Assembly: GCA_036638175.1 (NCBI GenBank)
Contig: JAVWLC010000001.1
Span: 1-34,692, forward strand
Direction: 5' to 3'
DNA length: 34,692 bases
From: Raoultibacter sp.
GTDB lineage: Bacteria; Actinomycetota; Coriobacteriia; Coriobacteriales; Eggerthellaceae
Part shown: positions 19,052 to 26,081 of the stretch, piece by piece
Layout of the letters: every line of letters begins with the position of its first letter
Position numbering within the stretch: position 1 is the stretch's first letter
Program-made: the position numbers and the translations under genes
The notes under the pieces: generated by a model
Databases searched by the model: none
The model's input: the letters and a program-made list of their open reading frames with translations, nothing else
What the model was told of the DNA's origin: nothing

Positions 19052-19506
19052 TGATCAAAGTTCCCATATCCGGCAAGCTGCCTCACGAGAAAAAACCTCG
19101 TAAGCAGTCTGGGGTCATACCCTATCGCAAGCGCTCCGACGGCACGATTGAACTTCTATTAATTCGCACTACACACGCTGGTAATTGGGGTCTCCCAAAA
19201 GGCGGCGTTGAAAAAGGCATGACGCCACTGACAAGTGCGCTGAAAGAAGCTATGGAAGAAGCTGGTGTTCTCGGTAAGCCTAAAGACTTCGTGGATATCA
19301 TGAAGTATGTTAAGGGCAAGACCGGCCGTAAGCAACACGTCGAATGGTACATCATGAAGGTCAAGACTATGCTGACCGATTATGATGAAGCCCTGACGCG
19401 TGAGCGCAAATGGTTTAAAGCTGATAAGGCTCTGCGTAAACTGGATAAGAAACTTCGTCCAATCGTAGAGCAGGCACTGGACATTATCGACTCGTATGGC
19501 TTATAA
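19048..19506 (+). CDS. NUDIX hydrolase
   Basis: Nudix box GGVEKGMTPLTSALKEAMEEAGV preceded by WGLPK; SGVIPYR N-terminal motif. Confidence 0.92.
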   Translation: MMIKVPISGKLPHEKKPRKQSGVIPYRKRSDGTIELLLIRTTHAGNWGLPKGGVEKGMTPLTSALKEAMEEAGVLGKPKDFVDIMKYVKGKTGRKQHVEWYIMKVKTMLTDYDEALTRERKWFKADKALRKLDKKLRPIVEQALDIIDSYGL

Positions 19507-19984
19507 CCGGCGCAAGGCTGAACGTCAAACAGTTGTGTTTAAGTCAATGAGCCGTCCAGATAAGACGGCTTATCTTACTGAGGCTGTACAGCAATACTGG
19601 AATGGCAAACGCTACTCCTGTCATGTTGAACTTGGCCTGATAAAGCACGGTAACTTAAGGGCTGATGTGTTCTGCCTGAATACCAAATGTGATATGATTA
19701 TCACTGAGGTTAAGAGTTGCTGGGCGGACTTCAATACAGATAAGAAATGGCATAAGTACCTACCGTTCTGTATGCGTATGTATTTTGTCGTGGACGAAAC
19801 ACTGTTTGAGTCACGCGGTGATGAGATAATCGCTCGCATTAAGAAACGCGGGTGTGGTCTTATCGTCGTGAATAAGTTCGGCTCTGCATTTGTCAAAAGC
19901 AACGCCAAGCGAAAGACAATGAAGAACGAAATCGTGGCAAAGATGCTCATAAAAGCTGCATGGCGCGGCGGGCGTTTTGCCTAA
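19496..19984 (+). CDS. mmcB: MmcB-like PD-(D/E)XK nuclease
   Basis: E...RADV...EVKS..ADF..DKKW.KYLPFC..MYF, the MmcB family pattern. Confidence 0.75.
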   Translation: MAYNRRKAERQTVVFKSMSRPDKTAYLTEAVQQYWNGKRYSCHVELGLIKHGNLRADVFCLNTKCDMIITEVKSCWADFNTDKKWHKYLPFCMRMYFVVDETLFESRGDEIIARIKKRGCGLIVVNKFGSAFVKSNAKRKTMKNEIVAKMLIKAAWRGGRFA

Positions 19985-19993
19985 GGACTCATT

Positions 19994-20608
19994 ATGAAAC
20001 CAACCTATATTTTAGTTGAAGGCGGAGAGGGCGGCGGTAAATCAACTGTATGTACTGCTCTTTCTGAAATCTTAAATCAACGCGGCATGAACGTACTTCG
20101 TTTGCGAGAGCCTGGCGGTACACCTCTTGCTGAACATCTTCGGGATATCTTGTTGTCCAAGACCAACACGCTTAACGAAGATATGGATTCACGCACGGAG
20201 ATGCTGTTGTTCCTTGCTGCTCGTTCTTCCACGATGAATGCGTATGATCGTATTCTGGCTAATGAGCCTAACACGGTTATCATCTCTGACCGAGGCTTCC
20301 CGTCTACCTACGTATATCAGGCAGGTGAGTCAGATGTGAATGCGCAGATCTACCAGCATACTTGGGAAGCACTCGCGCCCGAGAATCGCCTGACTGTGCT
20401 GCTGACGTGTAGCTATGAAACGTCTGTAGAACGTCGTAAGCTGCGTGTTGGTGGTGAGGACAGAATCGAACAGCGCCAGACCAAAGAAGTGTTTGACCGT
20501 TACAACGAACGCTTCCGTAATGTTCCCGGCGGCTTTGACCTCGTTATTGATACCGAAGTTAACTCGGTATCTGACGTGGTGCGCCAAATTCTCGCAAAAC
20601 TGGTATGA
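19994..20608 (+). CDS. tmk: Thymidylate (dTMP) kinase
   Basis: P-loop VEGGEGGGKST, REPGGT, LLFLAAR, SDR..S..YQ, DRIE. Confidence 0.92.
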   Translation: MKPTYILVEGGEGGGKSTVCTALSEILNQRGMNVLRLREPGGTPLAEHLRDILLSKTNTLNEDMDSRTEMLLFLAARSSTMNAYDRILANEPNTVIISDRGFPSTYVYQAGESDVNAQIYQHTWEALAPENRLTVLLTCSYETSVERRKLRVGGEDRIEQRQTKEVFDRYNERFRNVPGGFDLVIDTEVNSVSDVVRQILAKLV

Positions 20609-21039
20609 ATCTCGCACTCTTTCCATCGCTTCCGCGAGCAAGGCAAGAGGCTGTACTGAAACGTATCTGCGAAGATAACGCATTCATTCCACAGTTCGAA
20701 CAACGCTTTCTAACAATGGCGATGTTCTCTGTCAGGAAGTCATTGAATCGCAACACGGATATTTTCTCGTACAGCCCGCCTACCGGCCAGCACATCGCTG
20801 TTGGTTATAGGGTTCAGTATCTGAAAGGTAAGTATGTTGCTGAACCGTGGTGCTTCGTTGTCCCTGATGCAATGAAGTCTGTTGGTGTTGAGATTAACTC
20901 TCGACCCGACAAAGCTATCTACTTTGGGTCCATCGTTCCACAGGACCTGATTGACCAGCATGGCACTCTGGCGTATAGCTTAATGCTCGGCAATCTTAAT
21001 TTGCTGAAACAGAACGCCTTCCGCATCGTTTCGTATTAG
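20605..21039 (+). CDS. Hypothetical protein
   Basis: 144 aa; ATGA overlap with tmk stop. Confidence 0.7.
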   Translation: MNLALFPSLPRARQEAVLKRICEDNAFIPQFEQRFLTMAMFSVRKSLNRNTDIFSYSPPTGQHIAVGYRVQYLKGKYVAEPWCFVVPDAMKSVGVEINSRPDKAIYFGSIVPQDLIDQHGTLAYSLMLGNLNLLKQNAFRIVSY

Positions 21040-21047
21040 GGATTTAT

Positions 21048-22805
21048 ATGAACATCATTCAAAAGCAGAATCAGGTCATTCGTGATCTAAGCATTATTCC
21101 GACTACAGTCCAGCGAGTCGGCGACGCCTTCATTGGCTTGAGTTCGAATAACGTTGGCTATGCGTGGCGTCAGGGTGAAATCTTTGACTTCGCTGCTGGT
21201 ATGTCCATCAGTATGCCTCACGTTAATGCCAACACTATTCAGCGTATCAGCGGTATGAATTACGCTGGCGTTAACCCTGAAGGTAACACCGTATTCATGT
21301 CCAGCACCAGTGCTGTGCATGTTGCTCTTGGTGAGCGTCAGGAACAACGTTACATTGCTACCGATAAAGACGTCCAACAAGTTACTGCTGACTTTGCTGC
21401 TGCTCTTTCAAACAGCGGTCAGTCTCTGGCTATTGCGTCTTTATCTGCGGCACGTACTTACGGCACGTATCAAGGTAAGAAAGTTGTTATCGATGATGCT
21501 AACGACGAGTACGATCTGGAACTAGAGAAGGGTGATAAGCTGAGCCTTGTCTACCTGAACCGCGACCGCTATGAGCTGCACCTGAAAGATGAACCGAAGA
21601 TTGTGTTCATCGTTCGTGGTCACTTACGTGCTGCTAACATCATCGGCCAGACAGTGTTTGATAAGCCGTTCGGCGTTGTCGGTTCTGATAAGAACAACAC
21701 GTTCATGCCAGTCGGTGTTGCTGGGCGTAACATTGCGACACCGATGCAGATCAAGAAAGATACTGTTATCTATACGTTCCGTAAGAAACACTATCTGCCG
21801 CAGAACCTCGTTGTTCCTCTTGAGAAGATGCTGGACGGCGCCGAGCTTAACAAGCTACTGACAGCACTCAAGCCAGTTAAAGAGAACAAGGCTATCACTA
21901 AAGGTAAGCTGGTGGGAGTTAAGCTGCCACCACTTCCAGGCGGACAGAAGATTAAGTCTGAAAGCCCAATCAAACGTGATAGCAAAGTTGTGTACGGCGC
22001 ATTCTTCCCTGTGTCTGCTGCCCAGCCTAATCGTAGCCGCATTATCTTTGGCGATAACATCAAAGACGTACAGAAGAAAGCTGTTGAAGCTATCGGACGT
22101 ATGGCAGTGCCTACCGATTACTATCTGTTTAGCACGTTCTCCACTGACGAGCTTTACGATCTGGCTAAAGGTGGCTCTGTTGTTATTCGTGCGACCGGTG
22201 TGTTGCAACACCAGTACCCTAAAGCCAAGCATATCAGCATGGGCTACATGGATAATCAAGTCGAGTACCGCGACCCTGTTAAAGTCGATGTGCCTGAACT
22301 GAAAATCCCAGCTATTAGCAGTAACAACGCTAAGATCGTGAAAGAGGTGCTGCGTCTTCTTGCTGAGGGCTACTTCAATACTGGTCTACATCTGTCAGGA
22401 CAACAACCTACAGGCGCTCTGAGTTTTGATGGTCTTATGGACCCTCGTGCTCGTGACCAGTTGACTGGTATCGCTCGCCGCATCGCAATGTATCTGAAAC
22501 AGAATGGTGCTGTCCTTCCTAAGGGTAGTATCAAACTGGCGTTCGGCAAACAACGCGCTGAAATCAGATTCAACCTGCCTAAGCTGTCGGGTGCTGCTCT
22601 GCAATCTGTAAATAAGATTCAGACAGACGAGCCAACATTGAACGCTCCTATTTATGCGACCATCAAGCCTAAACAGCCGACAGTCGAAATCACAGCATTC
22701 AACCGTCACACTGGTTACGTTACCGTTCGTGCCCAGCGTGGTCCTGAGCTATATTCTGAGCCATACGAAACGTACTACAATAATGTGGAACGAAAAGTAT
22801 TTTAA
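21048..22805 (+). CDS. Large basic protein, probable processed internal head protein
   Basis: 585 aa; N-terminal ~135 aa carries several SxS motifs, followed by a domain shared with 7868..8545. Confidence 0.6.
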   Translation: MNIIQKQNQVIRDLSIIPTTVQRVGDAFIGLSSNNVGYAWRQGEIFDFAAGMSISMPHVNANTIQRISGMNYAGVNPEGNTVFMSSTSAVHVALGERQEQRYIATDKDVQQVTADFAAALSNSGQSLAIASLSAARTYGTYQGKKVVIDDANDEYDLELEKGDKLSLVYLNRDRYELHLKDEPKIVFIVRGHLRAANIIGQTVFDKPFGVVGSDKNNTFMPVGVAGRNIATPMQIKKDTVIYTFRKKHYLPQNLVVPLEKMLDGAELNKLLTALKPVKENKAITKGKLVGVKLPPLPGGQKIKSESPIKRDSKVVYGAFFPVSAAQPNRSRIIFGDNIKDVQKKAVEAIGRMAVPTDYYLFSTFSTDELYDLAKGGSVVIRATGVLQHQYPKAKHISMGYMDNQVEYRDPVKVDVPELKIPAISSNNAKIVKEVLRLLAEGYFNTGLHLSGQQPTGALSFDGLMDPRARDQLTGIARRIAMYLKQNGAVLPKGSIKLAFGKQRAEIRFNLPKLSGAALQSVNKIQTDEPTLNAPIYATIKPKQPTVEITAFNRHTGYVTVRAQRGPELYSEPYETYYNNVERKVF

Positions 22806-22839
22806 GTCAGAAAAATCTGTAAATAAAAATTGCAGATAG

Positions 22840-23585
22840 TAATATCAGAAAGCGCGGAGGGTTTGTCCATTGCTCGCCGTGTTCCATGATAGTTTTCCTG
22901 TGCCGAGTATTTCCTGCTGACACAGGCCTCTAGCTGGTTTGAGTTCGCTCTGTAATCGTGAGGCATAACTCCAGCACCCACGCGATAGAATGGTATTCTG
23001 CCGCTGACGCTCACAAGGCCCAGCATTGATATAGCGTAATGCGTATTCTGATACAGACATACGAGCACGATACCATCCTCTTAGGCGCGTAGAACATTGG
23101 AACGTAATCTCAACGTTGTGGGTGTTCTTTTAGGGACCGTAGCGAACGTGCTACCTGACGCACATTGGTCTGGCAGAAACAGTGTGCGTTGGGGAGTCGC
23201 TTCCTGCATGCCGCTGCTCGCAGCCTGTTGAACATTGCCCTTAACAGTGTTCAATGGAGTGTGTCCTGCGTTCCATGCTGCTGACGTACTGCCATAGCTC
23301 ATTCACATTCTGAGTCGTGAAATATCATAATGGAAATTGTTAGCGGGCAATCGCATTCCATTATGATTTAATGCACACCAAGAGCGATTGTTAAAACGTG
23401 TATTAACTCCCGCAGATCACCGATGCGTCCACCTCCTTCGCTTCACTCATGTTGTTAGAGCATTCGGAACTTCCCTTTTCCGCCGAGTGTTCTTGATATG
23501 TGAGTGTCGTGCGCGGTTTTCCGCAACGCAGGCGGTAACGAGAGAAACAATGATTGAAACCCTAGTGGAGTCGGGCGAAGGGCAA
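22840..23585 (+). ncRNA. Candidate large structured non-coding RNA (family not recognised)
   Basis: ORF-poor gap in an otherwise tightly packed region; more than 10 hairpins plus long-range closing helices (22843-55/23041-53; 23062-67/23215-20; 23435-43/23573-81); many G-U pairs that work only on the + strand; ends approximate. Confidence 0.6.
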
Positions 23586-23602
23586 TCTAAAGTATCTTGA
23601 TC

Positions 23603-23618
23603 AACATTTGCAAATGTT
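23603..23618. promoter_or_regulatory. Perfect 16-bp palindrome AACATTTGCAAATGTT (possible operator) within a possible sigma70 spacer
   Basis: Self-complementary 16-mer; TTGATC (23597-602), 17-nt spacer, TACCTT (23620-25). Confidence 0.4.
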
Positions 23619-23649
23619 TTACCTTACAGTACAGACACAAGGAGCAAAT

Positions 23650-23793
23650 ATGCTTTTGTTCTTAGTGTCGCTGTTGGCATTGTTCATGCTTGGTGCAATG
23701 CTGACAATTCCCGAGAGTTCTCTGGCAAGTAAGCTCTCGGCGATTCATCCCGGCTTCGTGTCGTCAGGCACGCGGCACTCGCTTCGGGTGTGA
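23650..23793 (+). CDS. 47-aa small membrane peptide
   Basis: AAGGAG RBS at 23639-44; MLLFLVSLLALFMLGAMLTI hydrophobic N-terminus; followed by a terminator. Confidence 0.55.
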   Translation: MLLFLVSLLALFMLGAMLTIPESSLASKLSAIHPGFVSSGTRHSLRV

Positions 23794-23824
23794 GGGGATA
23801 GCGACAAATCCAAGCACAAACAAT

Positions 23825-23849
23825 GGGTGGCCTATGGCTGCCCGTTTTT
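23825..23849 (+). terminator. Rho-independent terminator
   Basis: GGGTGGCC-tat-GGCTGCCC then GTTTTT; same stem arms as the 4486 terminator. Confidence 0.75.
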
Positions 23850-23868
23850 GTTTCTGCTACAGTTCCAA

Positions 23869-23876
23869 GCTAATTT
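23869..23876 (+). promoter_or_regulatory. Candidate late promoter GCTAATTT
   Basis: Between terminator and PAAR gene; identical to 5562 and 18514. Confidence 0.55.
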
Positions 23877-23899
23877 ACGTCTAACAGAAGGAGATAATC

Positions 23900-24190
23900 A
23901 TGGGACAGAAAGCTATTCGTCTAGGTACTGATTTGTCTACTGGCCATAGCGGCTACTTCCCTGTTGTACCTGCACAAGCATCAGGCAATGTGTTCGTCAA
24001 CGGTAAAGGGAGCGTTAGACAAGGCGATGCGTATCAACCTCACTGGAAGCCCAAGAAGCCACCTCATGTAGGTAAAGCTACGTCAGGCTCAAGTGTGCGT
24101 GTTAATGGCAAGCCTGCTCAACGTGCTGGTGACGGTAATACTTGTGGCGACACTGCATCTAACGGTAGTTCTAATGTGAGATTTGGCTAA
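23900..24190 (+). CDS. PAAR-domain spike tip protein
   Basis: 96 aa; AIRLG, VFVNGKGSVRQGD, VRVNGKPAQRAGD..TCG, GSSNVRFG; His/Cys metal ligands. Confidence 0.92.
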   Translation: MGQKAIRLGTDLSTGHSGYFPVVPAQASGNVFVNGKGSVRQGDAYQPHWKPKKPPHVGKATSGSSVRVNGKPAQRAGDGNTCGDTASNGSSNVRFG

Positions 24191-24615
24191 TGGCAGGAAT
24201 CGGAGTTCGACTCATAGACGTGCCGATTAATGAGCGTGTCTATTGTGATATAAACGCGTGGATTCAACTCGAACCGCGTGATAACGTTCAGAACATGGAC
24301 AGTATCGTCCAGAAGATATTGATGGTGATTGGTACTCGTAAGAAGTCGCGCAAGTGGCGTGAGAACTTCGGGGCCGACGTCTATAAATACCTGTTCGAGC
24401 CGTTCGATCAGACAACGGCAGAATGGATAGCAACCTATATGCGTCTTGCACTTGAAGACCCAATGAACGGTCTGACGCAAGATGTTACCGATGTACAAAC
24501 AGCCTGTACGCCAAGCACACAGTACGAACAAACCTACGTGTGTGTCATCTCATGGCGTTGTCCTAAACTTGAGGACAAGCAGTCTGTAACGTTCGCCATG
24601 AGGGCCCAGAAATGA
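24190..24615 (+). CDS. Baseplate wedge protein, gp25/GpW-like
   Basis: 141 aa; SIVQKILMVIGTRK.SR..RENFGADVYKYLFEP gp25 motif. Confidence 0.85.
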   Translation: MAGIGVRLIDVPINERVYCDINAWIQLEPRDNVQNMDSIVQKILMVIGTRKKSRKWRENFGADVYKYLFEPFDQTTAEWIATYMRLALEDPMNGLTQDVTDVQTACTPSTQYEQTYVCVISWRCPKLEDKQSVTFAMRAQK

Positions 24616-26081
24616 GCACCAGCATTCTCAACACGTATCTGACTCACGAACAATTTGCGCGTGATTTCCTACAGCGTATCAACTCGTCCTCATACTGGAC
24701 TGATGCCCAAGTTAGTTCCTTAACGTCATTGCTTGCTGATGCACTTGGCGATATCGGTGTGACTAACAGCTACGCTTCATTGATTGCTGCGCGTGAAGCA
24801 TTCAGCCGCTTGGCCAGACGTAACAGTTCGTTGCTGGCTAACGCTCGTTATCTTGGTGTGGATATCGGCCGCAAGTCGGTAAGCACCGTGACTGCATCTG
24901 TTGCTAACTTGACAGCAAACAAGGTGACGCTCGATAAGCATACACCATTCACTATCGGCAGTGTTAGTGGCTTACTCGCAGAAGTGACGCAGTGGGAACC
25001 AGGCGAAGTCAAAGAAGCTGACTTCATCATCGGTGAGTTGTTCTCCTACAGCCAGTTGATCGTCAATCCTTTTGACTATGCTGTGTATCGCTTAGGTACT
25101 GAGAACTTCCAGCTTACATCTGACCTGCGTGTTTGGTTCGAACATCCTAACGGCACCAAGATTGAGTTCCAGCGCTTCGACAAGTGTTTGTTTGAAGCAT
25201 ACGCTGGTCAGCAAATCTTCCTCGATGTGACAACAGATGAGGGTGATGTTGAGATTCAATTCGGTGGCGAGCAGTGGGGCGTTCAACCACCAGCTGGCTA
25301 TACGATGCGTGTACAGGGCATTAAAGCTCTCGGCTCTGCTGGTAACTCTGACGCTATTGGTCTGAAAATCCAGTGCTTGACTAACCCGCAGATTCAAGGT
25401 AAGACTGTTGGTGCTATCATTGGTGGCTCTGATGAAACGCCTGTCGATTACTATCGTCATTACAGTCCTATCGTCGGGCGTAGTCGTAAGAAGTTGATTC
25501 GCCGTGATGAATGGAAAGCGGCTATCGCTCTCTATCCAGATGTTGCCGACGTTGTTGTCCAGGGTCAAGCTGAAATAGCACCTAATGATAAAGAGTGGCA
25601 AGGAGTCGTGCGTGTCTGCGTGTTACCGCGTAATACAAGTACGTGGGGAGGCGTTAACCCTAACCCTACTTCTGCCCAGTGGACTAAGTTCCTTAACTGG
25701 CTTGCACAGTACCATAGCCCACTTGATGTGCAGACGTGGAACCCAGATAAGCTGCAAATCGATTGCACGATTAATGTGGCTCTCTTTGCTGATGCGCCTG
25801 GTACTCGAAGCTCGAACGAAGCAACGCTACAGGCCGCCGTACTCAAACTGTTTGAACGTAAGCCGGGAATGTTAGGTAAACGTCTTGCACTGTCGGACAT
25901 AACAGACCGTGTGCTGTATGACTTTGCTGATCCAGACAAGCCTGTGCGTAGACCAGAAGTAGATTACTGTAACATCGAAAGCCCTATTCAGGATATCATT
26001 CCTAATACGGTTCTGGAGTATGTTGCGCTGCGTAACTTGCGTATCAATATAACCTACAGTGAAAGGAAGATGACGCGGTGA
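24612..26081 (+). CDS. Baseplate wedge protein (gp6/baseplate J-like)
   Basis: 489 aa; AREAF..LARRNSSLLANARYLG, EIQFGG, G.AGN, GGSDET motifs. Confidence 0.85.
   Translation: MSTSILNTYLTHEQFARDFLQRINSSSYWTDAQVSSLTSLLADALGDIGVTNSYASLIAAREAFSRLARRNSSLLANARYLGVDIGRKSVSTVTASVANLTANKVTLDKHTPFTIGSVSGLLAEVTQWEPGEVKEADFIIGELFSYSQLIVNPFDYAVYRLGTENFQLTSDLRVWFEHPNGTKIEFQRFDKCLFEAYAGQQIFLDVTTDEGDVEIQFGGEQWGVQPPAGYTMRVQGIKALGSAGNSDAIGLKIQCLTNPQIQGKTVGAIIGGSDETPVDYYRHYSPIVGRSRKKLIRRDEWKAAIALYPDVADVVVQGQAEIAPNDKEWQGVVRVCVLPRNTSTWGGVNPNPTSAQWTKFLNWLAQYHSPLDVQTWNPDKLQIDCTINVALFADAPGTRSSNEATLQAAVLKLFERKPGMLGKRLALSDITDRVLYDFADPDKPVRRPEVDYCNIESPIQDIIPNTVLEYVALRNLRINITYSERKMTR

Noticed and set aside
23403-23438. 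Minus-strand perfect SD AAGGAGGT followed by GTG
   Set aside because: Frame closes after five codons (MICGS); treated instead as a + strand anti-SD, though a micro-ORF cannot be fully excluded.
22802-23600. Short ORFs in the gap (22802..23068 -, 22845..23060 -, 23081..23302 -, 23388..23600 +)
   Set aside because: No convincing RBS and no protein-like motifs; the region is better explained by RNA structure.
22840-23600. tRNA, tmRNA, RNase P, group I/II intron or CRISPR array as identity of the gap
   Set aside because: No T-loop/CCA end, no RNase P GAGGAAAGUCC, no group II domain V, flanking genes appear intact, and no regularly spaced direct repeats.
14805-26081. Bacterial T6SS or eCIS/tailocin locus (VgrG-like, PAAR, gp25)
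   Set aside because: Capsid genes, tape measure, fibres and nucleotide enzymes are present and no membrane complex or ClpV; consistent with a phage.
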